Positions 19,802 to 28,873 of a stretch of 64,000 nucleotides of DNA are shown here, one piece after another (position 1 is the stretch's first letter; every line of letters starts with the position of its first letter). The stretch comes from Alphaproteobacteria bacterium. Lineage in GTDB: Bacteria; Pseudomonadota; Alphaproteobacteria; UBA828. The notes beneath the pieces were generated by a model. That model was not told where the DNA came from. It ran no database searches and saw nothing but the letters and a program-made list of their open reading frames with translations. The DNA lies in the NCBI GenBank assembly GCA_965237415.1, contig CBDEFM010000002.1:992001-1056000 (forward strand), given 5' to 3'. The translations under genes and the position numbers were made by a program.

Positions 19802-22180
19802 GTGACGAATAGCGATCCCAGCGCGGCGGCCACAGCTGCCGATGTCGACAAGACCCTGGAGAAGGTCGAGTACCAGGGGCGTCGGCAGGGGCCGCGGCTG
19901 GCCATTGTCGTCAGCCTGCTGTGCTTCCTGTGGTCGATCTATCAGCTCTGGATCGCCTCTCCCCTCCCCTTCATGCTCGATTTCGCCATCATCGGCGATG
20001 TCCGCGCGCGCGGCATTCACCTCGCGTTCGCGCTGCTGCTCTGCTTCCTGATGTATCCGCTCTCGCGCCGCTGGGGCGAGCGGGGCCTGCCGCCCTGGGA
20101 CATCGCCTGCGCCGCGGTCGGCTGCCTCGCCGCCTTCTACCTGTTCATCGGCTGGGACGGCCTGGTCTCGCGCCACGGCATCCTCTACGTCTGGAACGGC
20201 ATTCCGGTGGAAGCCATCCTCGGCGGCGTCGGCATGCTGCTGCTGCTCGACGCCACGCGGCGGGCGATCGGCATTCCGCTGGTCGCCGTCTGTGCGGTCT
20301 TCCTGGTCTATTCGATCTTCGGCCAGTCGATGCCGGATATCGTGTCCCACAAGGGGCTGAGCCTGAACCGGCTGATCGGCTACCAATGGCTGACCGGTGA
20401 AGCGGTCTTCGGCATCCCCATCAGCGTCTCGGTCAGCTTCGTGTTCCTGTTCGTGCTGTTCGGCGCGCTGCTCGACAAGGCCGGCGCCGGGAAATATTTC
20501 CTCGCCCTCTCCTTCGCCATGGTGGGGCGTTACAGCGGCGGGCCGGCCAAGGCGGCGATCCTGGCGTCCGGCATGACCGGCATGATCTCCGGCTCCTCGA
20601 TCGCCAATGTCGTCACCACCGGCACCTTCACGATCCCCGTCATGCGGCGGATCGGCATGCCTGCGGTGAAGGCTGGCGCCATCGAGGTCGCGGCCTCGAC
20701 CAACGGCCAGCTCATGCCGCCGATCATGGGAGCCGCCGCCTTCATCATCGCCGAGTTCATCGGCATCTCGTATTTCGAGGTGGTCGCGGCCGCGGCGATC
20801 CCCGCCGCGCTCAGCTATATCGCGCTGCTCTACATCTCCCATCTGGAGGCGAAGAAGCTCGGCCTCTCCGGCCTGCCCCGCGCGGAGATCCCGCCGCTGC
20901 GCACGACCTTCCTCAGCGGCGCGCACCACCTGATCCCCATCGTCATCCTGGTCTATTTGTTGATGGTCGAACGCTGGAGCGCGCACAGCGCGGTCTTCTA
21001 CTCGATCCTCTCGGTGATGGCGATCATCGTCGCCCGGCGGATCGTCGCGTCCGTCCGCGGCGGCGGCCAGCCCCTGGGCGAGGCGCTGCGCGACGGCTTC
21101 ACCGAAATCTATGTCGGCATGGTGGCGGGCGCGCGCAACATGGTGGGAATCGCCGTCGCCGTGGCCGCCGCCGGCATCATCGTCGGCGCCGTCTCCTCGA
21201 CCGGCCTCAACAACGCCATGGTCGGCGTGGTCGAGGCGATCGCCGGCGGCAACGTCTACATCCTGCTGGGGCTGACCGCGATCCTCTGCATCGTCCTCGG
21301 CATGGGTCTGCCGACCACCGCCAACTACCTGGTGGTCGCCTCCCTGCTGGCGGGCGTGCTGGTCGAGCTGGGCAACGCATCGGGACTGGTCCTGCCGCTG
21401 ATCGCCGTCCACCTCTATGTCTTCTATTACGGTCTGCTGGCGGATTCGACGCCACCCGTCTGCCTTGCCGCCTTCGCGGCCTCGGCCATATCCAGGGCCG
21501 ACCCGCTGAAGACCGGCGTGCAGTCCTTCATGTACGACATCCGCACGGCCATCCTCCCGCTGGTCTTCCTGTTCAACACGGAGCTGCTGCTGATCGGCAT
21601 CGAGAGTATCTGGCAAGGCGCCCTGGTGGTTGTCATGTCGCTGCTCGCGATCCTCGCCTTCAGCTCGCTCACCCAGGGCTGGATGTTCGTCAAGGTGCGC
21701 TGGTACGAGGCGGTGCTGCTCGCGGCGGCCTGCTTCATGCTGTTCCGCCCCGACTTCTTCATGGACGAGATCGCCCCGCCCTTCCAGCCGATCGCATTCG
21801 AAGCCTTCGCCTCCGGCGAATTCACGCCAGAGCCCGGCCGCTCCGTCCGCCTGCACGTGACGCGCGAGACCAACTACGGCGAGCGCTTCAAGCTGTTCGT
21901 GCTGGAGACCCCGGCGGCGCAGGCGGCAACGCCGGCGGCGACCTTCGGGGTCGGGCTCGCGCGCGAGGACGACGGCCGCTATGCGGTGGTGGACATCGCC
22001 TTCGAGGGGTTGGGGGAGAAGGCGGGCATCGACTGGGGCGACTATGTCACCGGCGTCGACGTGGAGCAGGTCGACCTGCCGCCCAAGGAGCTCATCTATC
22101 CCGCCGGCCTGGCGGTGCTGGGCCTGGTCTTCTTCTCGCAGCTCATGCGCGGCCGGCGCGCGGCCCGCGCGTCGCCGTGA
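19802..22180 (+). CDS. TRAP transporter fused (4TM/12TM) permease
   Basis: 'GGPAKAA', 'SGSSIANVVTTGTFTIP', 'AASTNGQLMPPIMGAAAF', 'GMGLPTTANY', 'DSTPPVCLAAFAA'. Confidence 0.93.
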   Translation: MTNSDPSAAATAADVDKTLEKVEYQGRRQGPRLAIVVSLLCFLWSIYQLWIASPLPFMLDFAIIGDVRARGIHLAFALLLCFLMYPLSRRWGERGLPPWDIACAAVGCLAAFYLFIGWDGLVSRHGILYVWNGIPVEAILGGVGMLLLLDATRRAIGIPLVAVCAVFLVYSIFGQSMPDIVSHKGLSLNRLIGYQWLTGEAVFGIPISVSVSFVFLFVLFGALLDKAGAGKYFLALSFAMVGRYSGGPAKAAILASGMTGMISGSSIANVVTTGTFTIPVMRRIGMPAVKAGAIEVAASTNGQLMPPIMGAAAFIIAEFIGISYFEVVAAAAIPAALSYIALLYISHLEAKKLGLSGLPRAEIPPLRTTFLSGAHHLIPIVILVYLLMVERWSAHSAVFYSILSVMAIIVARRIVASVRGGGQPLGEALRDGFTEIYVGMVAGARNMVGIAVAVAAAGIIVGAVSSTGLNNAMVGVVEAIAGGNVYILLGLTAILCIVLGMGLPTTANYLVVASLLAGVLVELGNASGLVLPLIAVHLYVFYYGLLADSTPPVCLAAFAASAISRADPLKTGVQSFMYDIRTAILPLVFLFNTELLLIGIESIWQGALVVVMSLLAILAFSSLTQGWMFVKVRWYEAVLLAAACFMLFRPDFFMDEIAPPFQPIAFEAFASGEFTPEPGRSVRLHVTRETNYGERFKLFVLETPAAQAATPAATFGVGLAREDDGRYAVVDIAFEGLGEKAGIDWGDYVTGVDVEQVDLPPKELIYPAGLAVLGLVFFSQLMRGRRAARASP

Positions 22181-22217
22181 CGGGCGTGCACGGCGAGGCA
22201 GCCCCCTCACCCTTCGG

Positions 22218-24233
22218 CTAAAGCGTGCGGCACAGGCGGAACGCGTCGAGCACCGCGGCGTAGATGTTGCGGCTGGAGACCGCGTCCCCGATGCGGAAAA
22301 GCCGGAAGCCATCATCCGCCGCCTCCGGCTGCGGCGCGCCCGCGAGCAGAGCCTGCTGATCGACGGCGCCCCGGTTCGAGGAGCGATCCACGAGGCCGTG
22401 AAAGAGCGCGTCGGCCGGGCGCGTCCCGTGCTCGACCACGATGCGGCCGGTCTCGTGCTCCTCCGCCTCGTCCGTAAGCTCGTTGCGGAACGTCACGCGC
22501 AGCCGGTTGCCCTCGCGCGCGATACGCTCCAGGCGCCGGTCGAGCCTGGGCTCGATGCCGATCTCGTAGGTTCGCCGCCGCCAGACGACCTGCTCTGCGT
22601 AGGACATCTCCATCGCGAGATGCCCGTCGAGGCCGAAGAACTCGACCCCTCCGCCCGCCTGCCTGATCGCCTCCGCCGCCGTGAGCGCCGCGTGGCGGCC
22701 GGTCCCGTCGTAGACGATCGAGTCCTCGCCCGCGCTCACCGCGCCCGTGAGCACATCCCAGACGCTGGTGCAGTGCGCGGCGCCATCGATCCAGTCGAGA
22801 TCGGGGACTCCGCCGGTCGCGACGATGACGACATCGGCCTGCTCCGCGCCGATCGAGTCGGGCTCAACGCGCGAACTAAGGCGAACCTCCGCCCCAAGCC
22901 GCTCCAGCTCACGGGCACGCCATTCGACGATGCCGGTGAGCTCGCTCCGCCAGCTTGCCTGCGCGGCCAGCAGCACCTGCCCGCCGAGCCTTTCCGACGC
23001 TTCGCAGAGCCGCACGTCGTGGCCCCGCTCGGCGCACACCCGCGCGGCCTCCAGCCCGGCCGGCCCGCCGCCCGCGACCAGCACGCGGCGCTTCTTGCCG
23101 GCGCGCTCGATCGCGTGCGGCAACGCCGCCTCGTGGCCGGTGGACGGATTGTGAATGCAGGTGGGGCGCTGCGGGCTCATGCAATGGGTGGCCCCCACGC
23201 AGGGGCGCACGCGCTCTTCCTCCCCACTCGCGAGCTTGGCCACCAGATCAGGGTCCGCGATGTGCGCGCGGGTCATCGCCACCATGTCGAGCAGGCCCTC
23301 GCGGATCGCGTGCCGCGCCGTCTCCAGCGACGTGATGCGCGTCGCGTGAAAGACGGGCAGCCCCACCGCCTGCTTGAAGGCCCCGGCGCGCGCCAGGAAC
23401 GGCGCCTCGGCTGAGGCCATGCCCGGCATGCAGTCCACGGCGAGCTTGAGCTCCGTGTCGATGCGTCCGTAGATCGCGTTGAAGAAGTCGATGGTGCCCG
23501 ATGCCTCGAAGATGGCGGCGATCTTCAGGCCGTCCTCGAAGGTGATGTGGTGCGGGCCGGCCTCATCGATGAGGAAGCGCATGCCGACGATGAAGTCCTC
23601 GCCCACGCGCTTGCGGATCGCCTCGTGCACCATCAGCCCGAAGCGGCAGCGGTTCTCGACCGAGCCGCCGAACTTGTCGCTGCGGCGATTGGTCGCCGGC
23701 GAGAGGAATTGGCCGATGAGGTGCGCGCCGGCGAAGGTCTCGATGCCGTCGAGCCCGCCCTCCTTGCACCGCGCCGCCGCCTCGGCGAAGTCGGCCACGA
23801 CGCGCGCGATGTCGCGCTCGTCCATTTCCCTCGCGAAAGCCCGATGCAATGTCTCGCGTACGGGCGAGGGACCGATGGGCGCGAGCGCCGCGCCCGCATA
23901 GGGCTCGCCCCGCCCGCCGACATGGCTTACCTGGCACATGAGACGTGCGCCGTGGGCGTGGATGCGCCGCGAGAACCGCTGGAAGCGCTCGACGACTCGC
24001 TCGTCGTAGAGGTTGATCTGCGGCAGTTGCCACGCGGACTCGGGCGAGACGTTGGACGAGCCGCCGAACATGGTGAGCGCGATCCCGCCCTTCGCCTTCG
24101 TCTCGTGATAGCGCTGGTAGCGCTCGCTCGGCATGCCGCCCTCGGCGAGACCGCAGGCGTGGCTCGTGCTCATGATGCGGTTCTTGAGGGTGAGGTGCTT
24201 CAGCCTGAAGGGCCGGAGCAGCGGATCGCTCAC
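22218..24233 (-). CDS. NADH:flavin oxidoreductase, StcD/HpbA (N-methylproline demethylase)-like
   Basis: Old-yellow-enzyme-type barrel 'DPLLRPFRLKHLTLKNRIMSTSH', Fe-S region 'RPCVGATHC..CIHNP', Rossmann 'VAGGGPAGLEAAR'. GTG start at 24233 (alternative TTG 24284). Confidence 0.8.
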   Translation of the reverse strand: MSDPLLRPFRLKHLTLKNRIMSTSHACGLAEGGMPSERYQRYHETKAKGGIALTMFGGSSNVSPESAWQLPQINLYDERVVERFQRFSRRIHAHGARLMCQVSHVGGRGEPYAGAALAPIGPSPVRETLHRAFAREMDERDIARVVADFAEAAARCKEGGLDGIETFAGAHLIGQFLSPATNRRSDKFGGSVENRCRFGLMVHEAIRKRVGEDFIVGMRFLIDEAGPHHITFEDGLKIAAIFEASGTIDFFNAIYGRIDTELKLAVDCMPGMASAEAPFLARAGAFKQAVGLPVFHATRITSLETARHAIREGLLDMVAMTRAHIADPDLVAKLASGEEERVRPCVGATHCMSPQRPTCIHNPSTGHEAALPHAIERAGKKRRVLVAGGGPAGLEAARVCAERGHDVRLCEASERLGGQVLLAAQASWRSELTGIVEWRARELERLGAEVRLSSRVEPDSIGAEQADVVIVATGGVPDLDWIDGAAHCTSVWDVLTGAVSAGEDSIVYDGTGRHAALTAAEAIRQAGGGVEFFGLDGHLAMEMSYAEQVVWRRRTYEIGIEPRLDRRLERIAREGNRLRVTFRNELTDEAEEHETGRIVVEHGTRPADALFHGLVDRSSNRGAVDQQALLAGAPQPEAADDGFRLFRIGDAVSSRNIYAAVLDAFRLCRTL

Positions 24234-24362
24234 GGCTTGACGGGATGAAGTCTCGCTCTGGGGCACGCGTCTTGCCTCCGACAACAGGGCGACCGGCGCG
24301 GGTTCATCCGCCCGATCGCCGCTCAGGATAGTCGCGGGGCGGACAAAAAGCAGCCGGCGGGT

Positions 24363-24611
24363 CCAGTCCGCATTTCTCGCCAGGGCCGCGGTCCGGTTTC
24401 GTCTTCCACCTCGGACGGAATTTAATCTTGAAGCGGGATTCGGTGGGATTAAGTGGGATAAGTGGGATTCGGCAGAACAGGCGGCTGCCTTGCGGCACGC
24501 GACCCTGGTGAGAGCTGCGGGCTATCGCCCCTGCCGTGGCCTGTTCGCTCGTGCGCTGCATGGCGCGATCCTGGTGCAGAGTCCGTGCACCCTCTATCGC
24601 ACCATGGTCCG
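24363..24611. repeat. Dispersed intergenic element, copy 1, with 4 phased GGGAT cores
   Basis: Colinear with 63415-63678: end motif CCAGTCCGCATTTCTCGCC, TTAAT, GGGAT cores at 24435/24445/24455/24464, and GCACCATGGTCCG at 24599. Confidence 0.8.
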
Positions 24612-24838
24612 TGGCGTCAGCCCGATTTCGCTTGCGATTGTTGCGGCGGGGCCACGGCGTTACACTGCGCCTCGCGACCGGGGTGCATCCGGGGATTCGG
24701 CTCAATCGGCTGGTGGGTGCGGTTCTGCGCGATCCACCGGCGTGGGGCGCAGGCGAAACGGGACACCGGCACCAACAATAAGAAGACGAGTCGCGTGTTC
24801 GCCGCGTGCGCCGGACGATTGGGCGAGAGGGGGCGACC

Positions 24839-26140
24839 ATGACTCAGACGCTGTTCACCAACATCATGATCTTCGATGGCTCCAGCAAGAAGTCGTACCG
24901 GGGCGAGGTTCTGGTTCAGGGCAACCGCATCAAGAAGGTGGCCAAGGGCAAGAAGCGGATCGAACGGAACGGCGCGGAGGTGGTCGACGGCGGCGGGGCG
25001 ACGCTCATGCCCGGCCTCATCAACGGTCACTCCCACATCGGCTATTCCGAGGAAGGGACGAACCTCTACTCGCTCGGCGACACGCCGCCCGAGGAGAACA
25101 CGCTCATCACCATGCGCCATGCCCACATCCTGTACGACCACGGCTTCACCGCCCTGGTCTGCGCCGCGACGGGCAGGGCCCGCATGGACATCGTGATCCG
25201 CAACGAGATCGCCGCCGGCAGGATCACGGGCCCGCGCGTGTTGGCCGCCTCGCCGGAGCTGACGGTCACCGGCGGCCTCGGCGATGCGCGCCAGCTCCAC
25301 ATGTATCACGGGGCATTCTCGATCATCTGCGACGGCGCGGAGCAGTTCCGTCAGACGGCGCGGATGCTGTGCCGCGAGGGCGTGGATATCCTCAAGATCA
25401 TGCCGTCGGGCGACGAGTTCATTTACCCCTACGGCCGGGGCGACACCACCGTCATGACCGAAGAGGAGGTGGCGGCGGTCTGCGAGGTCGCCGGGCAGCG
25501 GAACCGGCGCGTCGGCGCCCACGCGCGGACTTCGGAGTCGGTCCGGCTCTGCCTGAAGTACGGGATCAACATCATTCACCACGCGACCCACGCCGATGAC
25601 GAGACCATCGACATGCTGGTGGAGGCCAAGGACGAAGTCTTCGTCGTACCGGCGATCGGCATCACCCACAACACGGCCTACGAGTCCGCGGAATTCGGTA
25701 TGCCGCCGGAGAGCGAGATCGCGCTCAGGCACCACCGCGAGCTCGCCATCGTCAGCGAGACGATCAAGAAGCTGCACGCGCGCGGCGTGCGCGTCCTGCC
25801 GTTCGGCGACTATGCCTTCGCCTGGGTGCCGCACGGGACGGACGCGCGGGACTTCGAGCACTTCGTCAACTACTTCGACTTCACCCCGGCCGAGGTGCTG
25901 CACGCCGCCACGAAGCTCGGCGGCGAGCTTTACGCCTACGCCAACGCGCAAGGGACCGGCATTCCCGATATGGGCGAGGTCAAGGAAGGCTATCTCGCCG
26001 ATCTCATCATGATCGACGGCGATCCGCTGGCGGATCTCTCGCTGTTCCAGGATCCGGACAACATCATCATGGTCATGAAGGACGGCGCGTACCACAAGAC
26101 GCCCCAGCCCCGCCGCCGGGTGGCAGCGGCCGCAGAATAG
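24839..26140 (+). CDS. Metal-dependent amidohydrolase (Xaa-Pro dipeptidase-like subgroup)
   Basis: 'TLMPGLINGHSH' HxH motif, 'GVDILKI', 'GAHAR', 'IHHATH', 'GYLADLIMIDGDPL'. Confidence 0.88.
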   Translation: MTQTLFTNIMIFDGSSKKSYRGEVLVQGNRIKKVAKGKKRIERNGAEVVDGGGATLMPGLINGHSHIGYSEEGTNLYSLGDTPPEENTLITMRHAHILYDHGFTALVCAATGRARMDIVIRNEIAAGRITGPRVLAASPELTVTGGLGDARQLHMYHGAFSIICDGAEQFRQTARMLCREGVDILKIMPSGDEFIYPYGRGDTTVMTEEEVAAVCEVAGQRNRRVGAHARTSESVRLCLKYGINIIHHATHADDETIDMLVEAKDEVFVVPAIGITHNTAYESAEFGMPPESEIALRHHRELAIVSETIKKLHARGVRVLPFGDYAFAWVPHGTDARDFEHFVNYFDFTPAEVLHAATKLGGELYAYANAQGTGIPDMGEVKEGYLADLIMIDGDPLADLSLFQDPDNIIMVMKDGAYHKTPQPRRRVAAAAE

Positions 26141-26159
26141 TCCCCGAACGGACGCAGGC

Positions 26160-26190
26160 GAGGGGCGCGACTGGCCCCGCGCCCCCTCTC
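26160..26190 (+). terminator. Possible stem-loop after the amidohydrolase gene
   Basis: GGGGCGCG-N8-CGCGCCCC; no poly-T tail. Confidence 0.3.
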
Positions 26191-26306
26191 GCCGGTCAGT
26201 TCCCGAAGCACGGCCATCACCGGGCGGCGACGGATTGCGCCCGCTCTCCTCGCGCCTGCCGATTGCCGCTGTGTAAGATGCGCTGCGCATGCAGGGAACG
26301 ACCGGC

Positions 26307-27650
26307 ATGGACAGATATCTTCCGAGCCTCGGAGCCGCCGCCTTTCGGGACGTGCCGGCGTTCGGCCACTACGACGTGGTCGTCGTTGGCGGCGGCCCGG
26401 CCGGCATCGCCGCGTCGACCACCGCCGCCGAGCTGGGGCACAAGACCCTTCTGATTGAGCGGCTCGGCTATTGCGGCGGCGCTGCGGTCTCCGGCATGTC
26501 GGGCACAATCTGCGGGCTCTACCTGACGGTCGAAGAGCCGCGCAGAACGCAGCCTCAACAAGTCATCTTCGGTTTCGCCGAGCGCTTTCGCGCCGCGCTC
26601 GAGGCGGCGGGTGGCGTCACCCGCCCGCAAATTTACGGTCGTACATGGGTGGTGACGCACGACTGCGCTACCTACAAGAGGGTCGCCACCGATCTCGTGC
26701 GCGCCGCCGACGTGGATGCCCTCTACCACACGCAAGTGATCGACGTGGTCGTGGAGGACGAGGCGCCTCGCGCACTCGTGCTCCACACCAAGTCGGGTTT
26801 CGCCAAGGCGAGCGGGACTCGGATCATCGACGCCAGCGGCGATGCGGACGTTGTCTTCAAGTCCGGGCTGCGAACGACCAAGGGGAACAACGGCGTCGTT
26901 CAGAACCCGACGATGATGTTCAAGATCGGCAATGTCGATGTCCCGCGTTATCTCGACTACTGGGGCGAGGATACGATTTCCCCGCCCAAGGTCATCTCCA
27001 TGCTGGAAGCGCGCGACGAGCTCGTTCGCAAGAAGGTGTGGCTGTTCCCCACCGTGAATCCGCGCGAAATGCTGGTCAACGCGACCAAGATAACCGGCTT
27101 CGATGGACGCGCGCTCGACGTAACCGACCCTGTCGATCATACCGAAGCGGAGCAGTTCTCGATCTATCAGGCCCGCGCCTTCTTTCAGTTCCTGAAGGAT
27201 AATATTCCGGGCTGCGAGAACGCCTATTTCATCGACTATGGCGCTGAGGTCGGCGTGCGTCAGACCCGCTCCATCGACGGGATGGAGCGACTTATGAATG
27301 CTGATGTCGTCGGCAAGCGCAAACGGCCTGACTGCATCGCCCGTTCGAGCTGGCCGATCGAGCTTCATTACGGCGCCAAACCGAAGACGGAGTGGCTGAT
27401 CGACGACTACTACGAAGTGCCTTTCGGCACCCTCGTGCCTAAGGAAGGCCGCAACATCATCGTCGCCGGCCGTTGCCTCAGCGCCGAACACGAGGCGCTG
27501 GCGAGCTGCCGTGTGACCGCGCAGTGCTTCGAGTACGGTCGCGCGGCCGCGCTCGCGACCGACATGTCGATCAAGGAAGACGTGCCCTTTCAGGAGATCG
27601 AGGGCGTCGTCATCGCCGAGCATATGAAGACGCAGGGCGGCTCGGGCTGA
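26307..27650 (+). CDS. FAD-dependent oxidoreductase (FAD_oxidored-type)
   Basis: 'DVVVVGGGPAGIAA', 'IIDASGDADV', 'VGVRQTRSI', 'YEVPFGTLVP..IIVAGRCLS'. Alternative start at 26289. Confidence 0.85.
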   Translation: MDRYLPSLGAAAFRDVPAFGHYDVVVVGGGPAGIAASTTAAELGHKTLLIERLGYCGGAAVSGMSGTICGLYLTVEEPRRTQPQQVIFGFAERFRAALEAAGGVTRPQIYGRTWVVTHDCATYKRVATDLVRAADVDALYHTQVIDVVVEDEAPRALVLHTKSGFAKASGTRIIDASGDADVVFKSGLRTTKGNNGVVQNPTMMFKIGNVDVPRYLDYWGEDTISPPKVISMLEARDELVRKKVWLFPTVNPREMLVNATKITGFDGRALDVTDPVDHTEAEQFSIYQARAFFQFLKDNIPGCENAYFIDYGAEVGVRQTRSIDGMERLMNADVVGKRKRPDCIARSSWPIELHYGAKPKTEWLIDDYYEVPFGTLVPKEGRNIIVAGRCLSAEHEALASCRVTAQCFEYGRAAALATDMSIKEDVPFQEIEGVVIAEHMKTQGGSG

Positions 27651-27748
27651 CGGGCGGGCAACGACACGTGCCCCAATTCGGACCAAAGTATAACCTGTCT
27701 ATTACAGTGTGTTGTATGAGATATCTAAATCAGAAAATGGGATAATGA

Positions 27749-28873
27749 ATGGTTGTCGTCACCGTCGACAGAATCGAGCTGCTGGCGATCGGCCCCGACG
27801 GTGAGAAGGTCACGTGGTCCTCTTATCTCGGCGCCATGCACCAGGCGTTGGTCGTTGCGCGGCTGTTTCTCTCCAACGGTGTGGAGGCCGTTGCCGGAAC
27901 CACCACCTACACCGAGCACGAGTTCGACAGGACGGTGTTTTCTGCCGCATCCCTCATGGCGCCGTTCGTGTTGGGTGGCGATGCGTTCGACATCCGCGCG
28001 GCCTATGCGGACATGCGGAAGCGCTACGTGCCCCTCGGGCATATCGCGACATCGCTCTTCGATATCGCGTTGCATGACGGCAAGGCCAAGACGTCAGGTC
28101 AGCCGATTTACCGAATGCTCGGCGCATCGCGGGAAGAAATCCGCGCCTACGCGTCGAGCCCATTGCTATCATCAGATCAAGCCTACGTCGACTACTGTTG
28201 GCAGATGTACGAGCAAGGCTTTTGTGCAGTCAAGATACATCCCTACTGCGTATTCGATGACGACATGCGTCTGGTCCGAACTCTTGTCGAGACGTTCGCC
28301 GAAAGAAGCATTGGTTGGAGTTTGGATGTCGACGGAATGTACACGTTCGATCAGGCGCTTCGTATGGGACAAATCCTGGATTACGCCGGTTGGGAATTCT
28401 TCGAGGCGCCGCTCCCCGATGCGGATTTAGGCGGCTACAAGGCGCTCACCGACGCACTTGATCTCGACGTGATCTGCAGCGGAAACACCCTCCCCAACCC
28501 GCAGCTGATTGAGTTCGCGCTGCAGATGGGCGCGTGGGATCGAAGCCGCTTCGATGTGACCGGCATCGGCGGTTTCACCGGTGCGGGCGAGGTCGTTGCG
28601 GCCACCCGAGCCCACGGCAAGACCTGCGAAGTGCAGAGCTGGGGATACACCCTCACGCAGGCGGCGAACCTGCACCTGATGCTCGCTCATTCGATCTGCC
28701 GCGGCTTCGAGCAGGCCACACCCGTCGAGATGTACGAATTCGGTGCAAAGCAGGTCATACGGCCGGACGCGGACGGCTTCGTCCGCCCAAGCGGCCTGCC
28801 CGGGCTGGGGGTCGAGATGGACTGGGAGCGGATCGAGCCCTGCGTCTACGCGCGGCGCTCCTTCCCGACATGA
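27749..28873 (+). CDS. Mandelate racemase/muconate lactonising enzyme (enolase superfamily) protein 1
   Basis: 'DIALHD..AK..GQPIYRMLG', 'IRAYAS', 'FFEAP', C-terminal 'PGLGVEMD'. Confidence 0.85.
   Translation: MVVVTVDRIELLAIGPDGEKVTWSSYLGAMHQALVVARLFLSNGVEAVAGTTTYTEHEFDRTVFSAASLMAPFVLGGDAFDIRAAYADMRKRYVPLGHIATSLFDIALHDGKAKTSGQPIYRMLGASREEIRAYASSPLLSSDQAYVDYCWQMYEQGFCAVKIHPYCVFDDDMRLVRTLVETFAERSIGWSLDVDGMYTFDQALRMGQILDYAGWEFFEAPLPDADLGGYKALTDALDLDVICSGNTLPNPQLIEFALQMGAWDRSRFDVTGIGGFTGAGEVVAATRAHGKTCEVQSWGYTLTQAANLHLMLAHSICRGFEQATPVEMYEFGAKQVIRPDADGFVRPSGLPGLGVEMDWERIEPCVYARRSFPT

Noticed and set aside
17357-22315. 1652-aa minus-strand ORF
   Set aside because: It is the antisense shadow of aepY, TAXI and the TRAP permease. 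It has no motifs, and long stop-free antisense frames are common in high-GC coding DNA.
24435-24470. GGGATTAAGT arrays as a CRISPR array
   Set aside because: The units are 9-10 nt with no spacers, and there are no cas genes.
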